A stretch of DNA of 64,000 nt from a virus, in IMG/VR virus record IMGVR_UViG_3300012919_000005, positions 11,529-75,528 of that record. The stretch is one strand, 5' to 3'. A program made the translations under genes and the position numbers. Numbering within the stretch: the first letter of the stretch is position 1; every line of letters starts with the position of its first letter. This document shows, piece by piece, positions 26,141 through 35,359 of this stretch. Below the pieces are notes generated by a model, which was not told the DNA's origin, searched no databases, and was given only the letters and a program-made list of their open reading frames with translations.

Positions 26141-26488
26141 ATGGATATATGGACAATGCTTAAACAAATTGAGAAGTCTGGAGACTGCTTAATTTATGGA
26201 GTGCTAGAGATACAAGGTGTAGCAGAAGATTTATCTGGCTGGCCTGAGTTCGATAGTAGTGAACCTATGAGCCACTTATATCTCATGGATTCACAGGACA
26301 TACCAAAGCAACTTATGTTAGATGCCTTTCAAGTAGCATACAACAATACAAGTTGCGAGTATGACTCTTACAACAATATGCTAGAAGCAGTTGGAGAGTA
26401 TATAATAGAAGAATTAAAAAAGAAGCAGTGCGTATGTGGAACAATAGATTGTGAAGATGCATATGGCTGCGTAACACACGGAGTATAA
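26141..26488 (+). CDS. Hypothetical protein
   Basis: AGGAG RBS; Cys-rich C-terminus. Confidence 0.6.
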   Translation: MDIWTMLKQIEKSGDCLIYGVLEIQGVAEDLSGWPEFDSSEPMSHLYLMDSQDIPKQLMLDAFQVAYNNTSCEYDSYNNMLEAVGEYIIEELKKKQCVCGTIDCEDAYGCVTHGV

Positions 26489-26490
26489 GA

Positions 26491-26781
26491 ATGGCAGATA
26501 GTAGAAAAACGAAGGGAGTCAAAGGCGACCAAAGTGGTAAAGTGATGCCATTCCCAACTCTCGATAGAGTAGCATTCTATAGAGAACACTTACAAAGAAG
26601 TATGCGTTCTACATTAGAGTTATACTCTGAATACATAAACATACAGGATAGGCTAGTATCAGAAGTAATAGAGTGCGAAAACTGTATGCTAGAATTAGTA
26701 GAAGAAATAGGCAGACTTGAAAAAGTCTTAAATCAAACGGCAATACATCAAAAGGAGGTGCACGATGCCAGCAAAATTTAA
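26491..26781 (+). CDS. Hypothetical coiled-coil protein
   Basis: Coupled ORF with GGAG RBS. Confidence 0.55.
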   Translation: MADSRKTKGVKGDQSGKVMPFPTLDRVAFYREHLQRSMRSTLELYSEYINIQDRLVSEVIECENCMLELVEEIGRLEKVLNQTAIHQKEVHDASKI

Positions 26782-26983
26782 ACCAAGTGAAAAAATATAC
26801 AAGCGAGGAGTTCCTGCTAGTAAACAAAAAACTAGGCATTACTACCTGCACAACACACCAAAGCAAGAGTTATTTGATTACATCAATAAACATAATGCTA
26901 AACCTAAAATTAGACAAAAGTGCTTAAACGAATTAGTTCGCAGAGGTATCAAAGTAGTCTGGGAGGTGCAAAGTGGCAGTTAA
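26765..26983 (+). CDS. Hypothetical basic protein
   Basis: AGGAGG RBS. Confidence 0.6.
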   Translation: MPAKFKPSEKIYKRGVPASKQKTRHYYLHNTPKQELFDYINKHNAKPKIRQKCLNELVRRGIKVVWEVQSGS

Positions 26984-27116
26984 AAGTAGATGGCAACAAG
27001 CACATACCTCGCACAAGAAGAAAACGGCACAAGGCGATTCTCACCCAAGAATTAGCTTAAACATGAACAAAAATAAAAAGCGTTCATTTAAAAAATACAG
27101 GGGGCAAGGCAGATGA
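26973..27116 (+). CDS. Small basic protein ending KKYRGQGR
   Basis: GGAGG RBS, GTG start; C-terminal motif common in marine phages. Confidence 0.55.
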   Translation: MAVKSRWQQAHTSHKKKTAQGDSHPRISLNMNKNKKRSFKKYRGQGR

Positions 27117-27401
27117 GAATAGTATATCTTCCCCAGACCGAGTATAAAAACTACCAACGCAAAGTAGCAAAACTTAAGCAAAAGGGCATTAATTTAGACA
27201 TAGTAGTAGCACAACCAAAGAAAAGAAAGGTAAAGCTAACTGTAAACACTGAATACGATTGGCAGGAGTTAGACAGACTATGCGAAAGTTAATCAAAAAA
27301 ATTAACCACGAAGTATGGCGACCTTATGATAGTGGAGTAGTAGATAATCTACTGCTTACTATCGGGGTCGCTTTTTTCGTATATATAATAGGAGTAGGCA
27401 T

Positions 27402-27800
27402 ATGATAAATGAATATGGCAAATTTGTGGACTCCACCACAAGTAGCGAATCTAAGTATACAGGTGACCTAGTAGCAAGACTAACAGTTTTGCAGACCAAA
27501 CACAAAGATATCGCATGGAGTAGATTAATGACTTCTGCTATAGGAATGTTAGCAGAAAGTGGTGAATTTGCTGAAATAATGAAAAAGATATTATTTCAAG
27601 GCAAAGTAATGAATGATGATAATAGGTATCATATGAAGCGTGAACTAGGAGATATCCTTTGGTATTGGATTCAAGGGTGCATTGCGCTAGGTTATGAACC
27701 TGAAGATGTAATGAAAGAGAATATTTCAAAGCTAGAAAGTAGATATCCGAATGGTTTTGAGATTGCAAGAAGCGAATACAGACAAGAGGGGGATATATAA
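27402..27800 (+). CDS. mazG: MazG-like nucleotide pyrophosphohydrolase
   Basis: GMLAESGEFAEIMKK...KRELGDILWY...NISKLESRYP. Confidence 0.85.
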   Translation: MINEYGKFVDSTTSSESKYTGDLVARLTVLQTKHKDIAWSRLMTSAIGMLAESGEFAEIMKKILFQGKVMNDDNRYHMKRELGDILWYWIQGCIALGYEPEDVMKENISKLESRYPNGFEIARSEYRQEGDI

Positions 27801-28405
27801 TGGCAAATCATGTATATTTTAATATAGACCTAAGTTTAGATGCAGGTCAATCAGAATTAGTAGAGAAACTAGGTAATTCTTGTCGCCATGCTCAGGGAGA
27901 GATGCAGTGGATAACTTATGAAGTAGAAACTCTACCTATATATCCTGTGCCTTATGATGAAGAAGACTGGTATAGCTGGGGTTGTGAACAAATGGGAGCT
28001 AAGTGGGTGAGCGTAGATGACTGGAATGAGAATATTATTAGTGGTCATTCAGCTTGGAGTCCTCCAATACCTTTTATTACAAACCTAATACAACACATAT
28101 ACGACCAAGTAGGTGGTATACCTAGTGCAAAAATGACATATGAAGACGAGTTTAGAAACTTTATAGGAGTGTGTGAAGTATGGATTACAGGTGATGATGT
28201 GGATTGGGATTACTACGAAGTAGAAGGTAGTGATTTGAATGAAGCTATGCAAGAGTGGAGTGGCTGGGATATTGACAGTCCAGAGTTTGACTGGTGGGCT
28301 TTAACTGAAGCTAAAAATGGTGATAAGTATGAGCCTCAAGAAGTAATAGATGAAATGGTCTATGGCTTCTTTGAAGATAAGGAAGTAAAGGTGAGACATG
28401 ACTAA
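27800..28405 (+). CDS. Hypothetical acidic protein (DUF1281/YubB-like motifs)
   Basis: MANH...DWYSWGCEQMGAKW...SAWSPP. Confidence 0.55.
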   Translation: MANHVYFNIDLSLDAGQSELVEKLGNSCRHAQGEMQWITYEVETLPIYPVPYDEEDWYSWGCEQMGAKWVSVDDWNENIISGHSAWSPPIPFITNLIQHIYDQVGGIPSAKMTYEDEFRNFIGVCEVWITGDDVDWDYYEVEGSDLNEAMQEWSGWDIDSPEFDWWALTEAKNGDKYEPQEVIDEMVYGFFEDKEVKVRHD

Positions 28406-28538
28406 GCAAATGAGAAAAAGACAGAAGAAGTTAGAATACGAACTAGCGAAAACAAAACACACGCTTGAACTTATAAGAACGATAGTGCCAGTTGCAGTTC
28501 TAATTCTACAAGTAGTAATTCTAAGTAAGGTGATATAA
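28398..28538 (+). CDS. 46-aa single-TM microprotein
   Basis: Manual translation ...ELIRTIVPVAVLILQVVILSKVI; paralog of 22938-23069. Confidence 0.55.
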   Translation: MTKQMRKRQKKLEYELAKTKHTLELIRTIVPVAVLILQVVILSKVI

Positions 28539-28795
28539 TGACTGAGTATAGTGAAAGAGTAGTAAAACGAGCTAAAGAAATAGCTGCTGAAGCTTGGGCA
28601 GGTAAAATAAGGGATATTCATATGCACAGGCTAAACAGTATGTGGTATGAGCCAGAACCTGATGTTGCTAAAGACCAAGGCGTGACTGATATAACCTACA
28701 ATAGTGGTAAAATTACGAGAGATGGTAAGACGATTGTAGAGGGAGTAACTGGAGAAGACCTAATATCAAAATGGGAGAAAACGAATGAATTATAG
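28538..28795 (+). CDS. Hypothetical protein
   Basis: Coupled ORF. Confidence 0.55.
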   Translation: MTEYSERVVKRAKEIAAEAWAGKIRDIHMHRLNSMWYEPEPDVAKDQGVTDITYNSGKITRDGKTIVEGVTGEDLISKWEKTNEL

Positions 28796-29111
28796 TAAAG
28801 AAATGACGCTAGATATGGTGAGTTGTTATAAGGAAGCTCCAAACCGTGCCACCGTTGCGATTCTCGCAGAAAGGTATGGCAAGTCGGAGAAGTCAATAAT
28901 TGGAAAGCTATCTAAAGAAGGTGTGTATCAAAGGCAAGAGTATAAAACAAAAGCTGGAGAGAAGCCAATAACAAAGGCTGAGATAGTAGAAAATCTAAGT
29001 GGAGAACTGAACGAAAATTTGAGTGGGCTAGAGAAAGCTCCGAAAGAAGTATTAAAACGATTGTGGTTTGCACTAGAGGAATATAGATGGAGGGCAATAT
29101 GCGAAGACTAG
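28785..29111 (+). CDS. Second A2-like DNA-binding protein
   Basis: NYSKEM...LAERYGKSEKSIIGKLSKEGVY...KTKAGEKPITK...GLEKAPK aligns with 24594-24923. Confidence 0.7.
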   Translation: MNYSKEMTLDMVSCYKEAPNRATVAILAERYGKSEKSIIGKLSKEGVYQRQEYKTKAGEKPITKAEIVENLSGELNENLSGLEKAPKEVLKRLWFALEEYRWRAICED

Positions 29112-29320
29112 TAATGACAAGTAGAGGACTCGGAGTGTGCGAAGGAGTACAAAAACGACATGGAGATTTATTATACCTAGAAGTGACGCTAAAGACTGGA
29201 GAAAAATTCTGGGAAATGAATACGGATTGTCGGTATATAGACCTTGAAGTTGAAATTGAGGAAATGAAAAGACGCAAAAGATTAGACCAAATTACAGGAA
29301 AAATAGATAAAAAATTTTGA
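29087..29320 (+). CDS. Hypothetical protein
   Basis: ORF with GGAGG RBS (start probably 29099). Confidence 0.5.
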   Translation: MEGNMRRLVMTSRGLGVCEGVQKRHGDLLYLEVTLKTGEKFWEMNTDCRYIDLEVEIEEMKRRKRLDQITGKIDKKF

Positions 29321-29369
29321 AGTTGGGCGAAGTCGTCGCTTAGATTAGACGCATTTGTAGTAAATTAAT

Positions 29370-29562
29370 GAAAGACCGATTGCATGTTAGTAGTCGGTCT
29401 TATATATTATTTATTTAGATTAAAACTGTTTCTCTCGGTTTTTGCTCTCGTTTCATCTCTAGTCTCTTCTTCGCTTACGCTCGAAGAGCCTTAGTCAAAG
29501 ATAAATCGAGAAAACCTTCGAGAGGAAAGAGATTACAATTACTAAAGTAATTAATATAATTT
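29370..29562 (-). other. Long imperfect rod hairpin with its own promoter (ncRNA or origin-like element)
   Basis: Promoter TTGCTT-17-TATAAT at 29569-29597; stacked stems around a GC-GTAA-GC apex; 3' hairpin AGACCGA/TCGGTCT. Confidence 0.5.
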
Positions 29563-29642
29563 ACATATATTATACCACAACTTTTGCAAGAAAGCAAGTG
29601 ATATTTTTGGGTAGGTTATCATTTGAGGGGTCTGGGAGCGTC

Positions 29643-29870
29643 TTATCTCCGAGAAAATTTATTCCTCTGACGATAGTTAGTAGGATTTTGATTGGATTTT
29701 TTAAGATGTCTCTTCTTTCCTTCGTTCTTTTTGCGTTTGCGTTTTGCTGTTGGTTTCTCATAAAATTCAAGTTCACGGCATCTTTCTTTTATCTTAGCCG
29801 TCTCACATTTCTTACGAAAAATCCGAATTGCCTTTTCTGTAGGCATATTTTTACAATAAACGCTAGGCAT
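29643..29870 (-). CDS. rpsU: Ribosomal protein bS21
   Basis: MPSV...EKAIRIFRKKCE...RELEFYEKPTAKRKRKK signature. Confidence 0.85.
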   Translation of the reverse strand: MPSVYCKNMPTEKAIRIFRKKCETAKIKERCRELEFYEKPTAKRKRKKNEGKKRHLKKSNQNPTNYRQRNKFSRR

Positions 29871-30033
29871 TTACCACCTTTCCAAAAGTCCAACCTCGTT
29901 TTCGAAGGTAATGTATTTGAGAATAAAGTTGCTGTTCACTTACCTTTAGCTCTTTACATATCTCGCTAGTAGGTAATACACGATAATTATCGCGTAAGTA
30001 TTGTTTTTCAGCCTGAGTCCATCTTTTATTCAT
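29863..30033 (-). CDS. Small Myb-like HTH DNA-binding protein (leaderless)
   Basis: MNKRWTQAEKQYLRDNY...EICKELKVSEQQLYSQ; TTGACT-17-TATAAT promoter at 30040-30068. Confidence 0.65.
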   Translation of the reverse strand: MNKRWTQAEKQYLRDNYRVLPTSEICKELKVSEQQLYSQIHYLRKRGWTFGKVVNA

Positions 30034-30301
30034 ACACATATTATACAAAAATTCTGAGCATAAGTCAAGAATTATTTTTCACCATCTTAAAAATTGTTCT
30101 TGACTTGGCTTCAAAATAGTAGTATAATATATACATTAATTTAAGGAAAACAATATGAATAATGATATCGCATTTTTAATTTGGTTAATTCTGACAAATA
30201 TAGCAACTTACTTTTATTGTAAGTCATATTTTATAAAATTTACCATAGATGTTCTTGATGAAAAAGGCTTACTGTTAGAAGAACCAAACGGAAAATAATT
30301 C

Positions 30302-30497
30302 TTGACAGCAGGTGCAAAATTTAGTATAATATATCTGTAGTTAGATTAATCTAGCTAAGGGATTTGGGAAGGACATAATCCGTTCTATAAAACAAGTTCT
30401 TTCTGCATCTAAAGACATTCGTTTTAGGATTATGGGAACTACTACCGAAAGGAGTAGAAATATAACAGATGCAAAGCTTACTGAAAAGGAGTAAACA
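30302..30497 (+). promoter_or_regulatory. Sigma70 promoter and structured ~160-nt 5' UTR of hsp20
   Basis: TTGACA-17-TATAAT; stems CATAATCC/GGATTATG, TGCATCT/AGATGCA, CTACT/AGTAG and TTACT/AGTAA overlapping the RBS. Confidence 0.6.
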
Positions 30498-30893
30498 ATG
30501 ACAATAGATAACCTATTATATAAGCACTTTCTCGGCTTTGACGAGAGATTTTTTAACCCTGTCGAAGATACACAATATCCTCGACATAATATAGTAACAC
30601 ACGGTGATGACTACTTTCGAATTGAAATGGCGTTGCCAGGCTGGATAAAAGAGAACATTAAAGTCCAATTAGACAAGCGAGTCTTGACTATTGAAGGCAC
30701 ACAAAAACTCGAGTGTGGAGAAGAAGAACAATATTTACACAAAGGAATAAGTGGAAAAATGTTTAAGAGAACATTCTCATTGGGTGAGTTCATAGAAATC
30801 CAAGGAGTAAAGTTTGAAAACGGCTTGCTAAGCATTGAATTAGAGAAAGTCATACCCGAAGATAAAAAACCAAAGGTATATGACATTCAATGA
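30498..30893 (+). CDS. Small heat-shock protein Hsp20 (IbpA-like)
   Basis: YPRHNI...IEMALPG...YLHKGIS...FKRTFSL...FENGLLSIEL. Confidence 0.92.
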   Translation: MTIDNLLYKHFLGFDERFFNPVEDTQYPRHNIVTHGDDYFRIEMALPGWIKENIKVQLDKRVLTIEGTQKLECGEEEQYLHKGISGKMFKRTFSLGEFIEIQGVKFENGLLSIELEKVIPEDKKPKVYDIQ

Positions 30894-31042
30894 AAACAAA
30901 AATTTACGAATTAAAAACTTTAATTTGTGAAGACGGCAGGTTCTGTGATGCTACTATGAACTACATACTAATAATCGCTTTCGGCGCAGTAGTATGGAAT
31001 AGTATCGTTTCACTTACCTAAAGAAATTACAGGGAAAAGTTT

Positions 31043-31064
31043 GGGGAGCTTCGGCTCCCCTTTT
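31043..31064 (+). terminator. Rho-independent terminator
   Basis: GGGGAGC-TTCG-GCTCCCC-TTTT. Confidence 0.8.
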
Positions 31065-31076
31065 ATGGAACAATAT

Positions 31077-31517
31077 ATGAAAATATCAGAAAACGGACTT
31101 GAAATTATCAAGCATTTTGAAGGCTTAGAATTAGAAGCCTATAAATGCGCAGCCAATGTATTGACTATCGGTTATGGACATACAGCAGGAGTGCAGGAAG
31201 GTGATGTCTGGTCTGAAGAACAAGCAAATGAACAATTAGAAATCGACATGGAAGAATATGCTGGGTATATAAACGACCTAGTAACATGTCCCCTATCACA
31301 AAACCAGTTTGACGCCCTAGTATCTTGGGTTTACAATCTCGGCCCCGCTAATCTAAAAGCATCTACTTTATTAAAACGGCTCAATGCAGGAGACTATTCT
31401 GATGTGCCAAATCAAATAAAAAGGTGGAACAAAGCTGGAGGAAAAGTTTTAGAAGGCTTAGTAAGAAGACGAGAAGCAGAAGCGTTAATGTTTGAGGGAA
31501 AGGAGTGGAATCACTAA
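31077..31517 (+). CDS. Endolysin, GH24 phage lysozyme
   Basis: HFEGLELEAYKC...TIGYGHT, QNQFDALVS, RWNKAGGKVLEGLVRRREAE. Confidence 0.93.
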   Translation: MKISENGLEIIKHFEGLELEAYKCAANVLTIGYGHTAGVQEGDVWSEEQANEQLEIDMEEYAGYINDLVTCPLSQNQFDALVSWVYNLGPANLKASTLLKRLNAGDYSDVPNQIKRWNKAGGKVLEGLVRRREAEALMFEGKEWNH

Positions 31518-31871
31518 TCGAACAACTACAAATAGTAGTAAGCAATTTAAACAGAAGAGTCTCAGAGTTAGAGAAAGATTCACACCCAGCAATAGGGCTG
31601 TGTGAATTTGAGGGCTTCAAAGAGTTATTAGAGAGGATAGAAAAATTAGAAAGCAATTTGAAAGATTCAAACAATGGATAATCAGTTTATTCACTGAGAG
31701 GTATAAACTTACAGTAAGTTATAACTCTACATATGGAGACGCTGATGACCAGAGCTTTGTTGTAAAGAAATTTTATTACAAACAAGATAAGTATATCTCT
31801 TTTAAAACAGTAGACAATGAAGTTGTAGAGATAAGAGGAGCGGAAGGTTTAAATTATAGGATAAGTAAATT

Positions 31872-32282
31872 ATGAATCAATTTTATATAGGGATTATATT
31901 AGTGTTAGGTTTAGGAAGCTATTGGTTATATAATGAGAATCAAACACTAAAAGAAAACAATGCCCAATTACAAGTAGGTATTGAAACACAAGAAAAAACA
32001 ATAGAGTCTTTAAAAAATGACTTTGCATTACAGGGAGAAGCTTTAGGCACTCTACAGGCAAAGAATAACGAGATAGAGTTAGAAATGAATCGCTATCTTG
32101 ACATTTTTAAAAGACATAATTTAACCAAGTTAGCTGCTGCAAAGCCAGGCTTGATAGAATCAAGAGCTAACAAAGCAACGAAAGAGGTATTTGATGGAAT
32201 TGAAAACGACAGTAGGGATATTGACAACCTTGATAATGGTGTCGAACTGCTCCCTACTCCCAACGAAGACATTAGAGGTTAG
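31872..32282 (+). CDS. Inner-membrane spanin (Rz-like)
   Basis: N-terminal TM + coiled coil, AAAKPGLIE motif; overlapped by a lipoprotein gene. Confidence 0.75.
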   Translation: MNQFYIGIILVLGLGSYWLYNENQTLKENNAQLQVGIETQEKTIESLKNDFALQGEALGTLQAKNNEIELEMNRYLDIFKRHNLTKLAAAKPGLIESRANKATKEVFDGIENDSRDIDNLDNGVELLPTPNEDIRG

Positions 32283-32556
32283 TGCAGAGCCAATCGAAAG
32301 GCAGATAATACAACCTGTTATGCCTCGAGAAATAGATTTGAAGGAGCCATATTGGTATGTGGTTTCATCAAAAAATCTTGACGAATTTCTTGCTCGTATA
32401 GAGAAAGACCAAGGTCAAGTAGTATTTTTTGCTATGTCTGTTCCAGACTACGAACTCATGGCATACAATACTCAAGAGCTAAAAAGATATATTAGAGAGC
32501 TCAAAGAGGTAGTAGTTTACTATAAAACAGTAACGACTACCGAACAAGGAGACTAG
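32191..32556 (+). CDS. Outer-membrane spanin lipoprotein (Rz1-like)
   Basis: Lipobox-like IMVSNC, Pro-rich segment; overlaps the 3' end of the i-spanin gene. Confidence 0.7.
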   Translation: MMELKTTVGILTTLIMVSNCSLLPTKTLEVSAEPIERQIIQPVMPREIDLKEPYWYVVSSKNLDEFLARIEKDQGQVVFFAMSVPDYELMAYNTQELKRYIRELKEVVVYYKTVTTTEQGD

Positions 32557-32557
32557 A

Positions 32558-32734
32558 ATGTTAGAATTCTTCGAATGGATTATCCGATGGATACAAATTG
32601 TTCCATGGTTAGTTATGGGAGCATCGTTAGTTGCTGCTTTAACTCCTACACCACTCGACGACGGCTGGGTCAAGAAAATATACAAAATTCTTGATTGGGT
32701 CGCATTAAATGTCGGAAAGGCAAAGGATAAATAA
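32558..32734 (+). CDS. 58-aa membrane protein, possible holin
   Basis: Manual translation MLEFFEWIIRWIQIVPWLVMGASLVAALTPTPLDD...LNVGKAKDK; AGGAG RBS; in the lysis cluster. Confidence 0.5.
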   Translation: MLEFFEWIIRWIQIVPWLVMGASLVAALTPTPLDDGWVKKIYKILDWVALNVGKAKDK

Positions 32735-32736
32735 TC

Positions 32737-33114
32737 ATGGCAGATGCAACAACTGACAATTCGAGAAACGAAGTTCAAATTGATTTAGAAAAGTATATGT
32801 CCCTAGTAGATAAACTAGATGCGGCAGAAGATACAATTACTGAACTCAAAGACGAAGCTAAGAAGGCTCGTGACCAGCTCGCTCCACCTAAGAGAAAATT
32901 TATGGATTTATTCCTAGATGATAATGATATAAATGAGAAAGCTATCATAGGATTTCTTTCTTTCTTCTTAATGTTCGTATTCGGAATGTGTGATTTACTC
33001 ACAGCATTTTGGGGTATGGATTTAAAGATTTCAGATACAATTTACACTTCTTTTGTAGTTGTAACACTAGGAGCATTTGGTATTTCTGAAGCAGGCAAGG
33101 CGTTCGGAAAATAA
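32737..33114 (+). CDS. Two-TM membrane protein, possible holin
   Basis: Coiled-coil N-terminus and two hydrophobic helices; in the lysis cluster. Confidence 0.5.
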   Translation: MADATTDNSRNEVQIDLEKYMSLVDKLDAAEDTITELKDEAKKARDQLAPPKRKFMDLFLDDNDINEKAIIGFLSFFLMFVFGMCDLLTAFWGMDLKISDTIYTSFVVVTLGAFGISEAGKAFGK

Positions 33115-33241
33115 TTATCTCAATACACGAAAGTCGGACTCACTCGTAGTTCGACTTTCACTTACTCTAACCCCACATTATCACAAACCTCACTAAAAAT
33201 AAGTCTTGACAACAGGTTCAAATTTCTGTATAATATGTATT

Positions 33242-33841
33242 ATGAATTTATTTTATTTAGACGAAAATCTTGACAAATGCGCAGAATATCATGTAGATAA
33301 GCACATAGTTAAGATGCCGTTAGAGGCAGCCCAGCTGCTATGTACGGCCGTCTGGGTGGATTCCGTTTTAGGTTTCGTTCCGAGAGCATTGAATAAAGAG
33401 GAAACTCGAGAACTTAATTCTCGTAAGTCAGAAATTAAACATTTGCCAATGGAGGAGAGACCTTTAACACCTTACCTTCCTATGATGTACAACCACCCGT
33501 GCACGATTTGGACTCGGTCATCTCTTGATAACTTCGAATGGGTTCACTGTTATGCAAACGCCCTCAACGATGAATACTTTTACAGATACGGGAAGCAGCA
33601 TAAATCAGTGGTGGAAGTTATTAACAGACTACCAGAACCCAAGAACATGACTAGGCTAGGAATGACGGAGTTCCTATTAGCCATGCCGGACGAGCTCAAA
33701 ATGGAAGGTAATCCGATTCAGTCTTATAGAGACTATTATCATTTAGACAAAGCAACATTTGCTAGTTGGAAGTATCGTGAGAAACCTCATTGGTGGAATG
33801 AAGACTATGCAGATTATGACAAAAGGATTACAGCAAAATGA
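33242..33841 (+). CDS. Pyrimidine-dimer DNA glycosylase-like (DenV-related) protein, leaderless
   Basis: MNLFYLD...DKHIVKMPLEAAQLL...HPCTIW...YRYGKQHKS...YRDYY; promoter TTGACA-17-TATAAT at 33206-33234. Confidence 0.75.
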   Translation: MNLFYLDENLDKCAEYHVDKHIVKMPLEAAQLLCTAVWVDSVLGFVPRALNKEETRELNSRKSEIKHLPMEERPLTPYLPMMYNHPCTIWTRSSLDNFEWVHCYANALNDEYFYRYGKQHKSVVEVINRLPEPKNMTRLGMTEFLLAMPDELKMEGNPIQSYRDYYHLDKATFASWKYREKPHWWNEDYADYDKRITAK

Positions 33842-33956
33842 TTGATATAATTATAGGAATAACAGGATTAGTAGTGGTTCTTTTTGGAGGATACTTTGCT
33901 TATATGTCAAGTCATATAATAGAAGAAGAAAAACAAGGCAAAAGAATTCCTTTGCC

Positions 33957-34202
33957 ATGGGAGAAGAAATGAACAAAGTTATAATTTATAGCAAACCTAG
34001 TTGTCCTGCATGTAAACAGGCAAAGATGTTAGCAGAAAATAAAAAGTGCGAAGTAGAGTATTTAATGATGGGAGAAGATTTTGATGCCAGTGTTTTAATG
34101 GCAACTTTTCCTGGAGCTAGAACCTTTCCGCAAATTATTTTTAATGAAGAAAAAATAGGTGGACTAGCTGCCTTGATAGAGATGCTAACAAATGAAGTTT
34201 AA
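33957..34202 (+). CDS. Glutaredoxin
   Basis: CPAC active site; RTFPQI and IGG motifs. Confidence 0.85.
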   Translation: MGEEMNKVIIYSKPSCPACKQAKMLAENKKCEVEYLMMGEDFDASVLMATFPGARTFPQIIFNEEKIGGLAALIEMLTNEV

Positions 34203-34452
34203 AGAAGATAAAGTATTAAATTGGGTTCAAAATCACATTCGTGATACATATGGACAACATTATGGAGAGAGTAAAATTCAGACAACTGAGTTTGTATTTG
34301 ACTCTGGACATGGTGAGGGATTCTGTATCGGTAATATAATTAAATATGCACAACGATACGGAAAGAAGGCAGGGCATAACCCTGAAGATTTATTAAAAAT
34401 AATACACTACGCAGTTATTTTATTAGGGAGTGAACATTATGATAAAAAGTAA
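34192..34452 (+). CDS. DUF3310-like protein
   Basis: HY...GFCIGNIIKYAQRYGKK...DLLKIIHY. Confidence 0.75.
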   Translation: MKFKEDKVLNWVQNHIRDTYGQHYGESKIQTTEFVFDSGHGEGFCIGNIIKYAQRYGKKAGHNPEDLLKIIHYAVILLGSEHYDKK

Positions 34453-35095
34453 ATCGTATGAAAAACTATCAGACACAAACATTGAAAAAGTTGTGTCTTT
34501 GCTAGAACAAGATAATCCTATAACTAAAAAGGAAGCTTGTAATATTCTTAATATAAGGTATAACACGACCAGACTAGCAAAAATAATAGAAGAATGGAAA
34601 GACACACAAGACTTTCGACAAAGAAGAAAAGCACAGAATAAAGGTAAAATGGCTACCAAAGATGAGATTCGTATGGTAGTCCAAAGCTATTTGGAAGGAG
34701 ATAACATTTCTAATATTTCACAAAGCATTTATCGCTCATCTTCTTTTGTTAGAAACATAATAGAAAGGCTCGGTGTTCCTCAGAAGTTAGCAGAATCTGA
34801 CCATGAGGGAAAAAGAAGAGCAATGTTACCAGAGCAGTGTGTAAGTGAAAAGTTTCAAGTAGGTGAAAAAGTATGGTCACCAAGAAACAATAAGTTCGCA
34901 GAAGTAATAGAAGAGTTTGATACTCCATACAATGAAGAAAAGTATGGGTGTCCTTGTTATAGACTATGGGTTCTAGAACCTTGCGACACTTCACAAACAT
35001 TCTTCCCATGGCTAGATGGAAGTAGAACAGGCTATACAAGTTTTGCATTAGCCTATGAACTAGGAAGTTTAAGACACTTAAAAGAATATTTATAA
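34430..35095 (+). CDS. T5 D2-like protein
   Basis: TKKEACNILNIRYNTTRL and YLEGDNISNISQSIYRSSSFV HTH motifs. Confidence 0.65.
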   Translation: MNIMIKSKSYEKLSDTNIEKVVSLLEQDNPITKKEACNILNIRYNTTRLAKIIEEWKDTQDFRQRRKAQNKGKMATKDEIRMVVQSYLEGDNISNISQSIYRSSSFVRNIIERLGVPQKLAESDHEGKRRAMLPEQCVSEKFQVGEKVWSPRNNKFAEVIEEFDTPYNEEKYGCPCYRLWVLEPCDTSQTFFPWLDGSRTGYTSFALAYELGSLRHLKEYL

Positions 35096-35104
35096 GGATT
35101 ATCA

Positions 35105-35359
35105 ATGTGGGAATTATTATTGGCATTTTATATGTCAAGCGTAGGAATGTTAATGTATCGTCTATGGTGGCCGATACACAAGTTTATGCGCAAAACTCAC
35201 CCACACCATACAACAACACAGTATTGGCCAGTTATATTTATAATATTTTTGGTCGGATTAACAGTAGGAGCAGTCTTTTTACTCGGTTGCATCATAAGTG
35301 ATGACTTGAGAGAAAGATTCTGCTCTAAGTATTTATTAACATTATTCGAGGAAACATGA
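35105..35359 (+). CDS. Membrane hypothetical protein
   Basis: Two hydrophobic segments. Confidence 0.5.
   Translation: MWELLLAFYMSSVGMLMYRLWWPIHKFMRKTHPHHTTTQYWPVIFIIFLVGLTVGAVFLLGCIISDDLRERFCSKYLLTLFEET

Noticed and set aside
29570-29969. Track ORFs 29598-29969 (+) and 29570-29776 (-)
   Set aside because: Antisense or alternate-frame shadows of the rpsU gene
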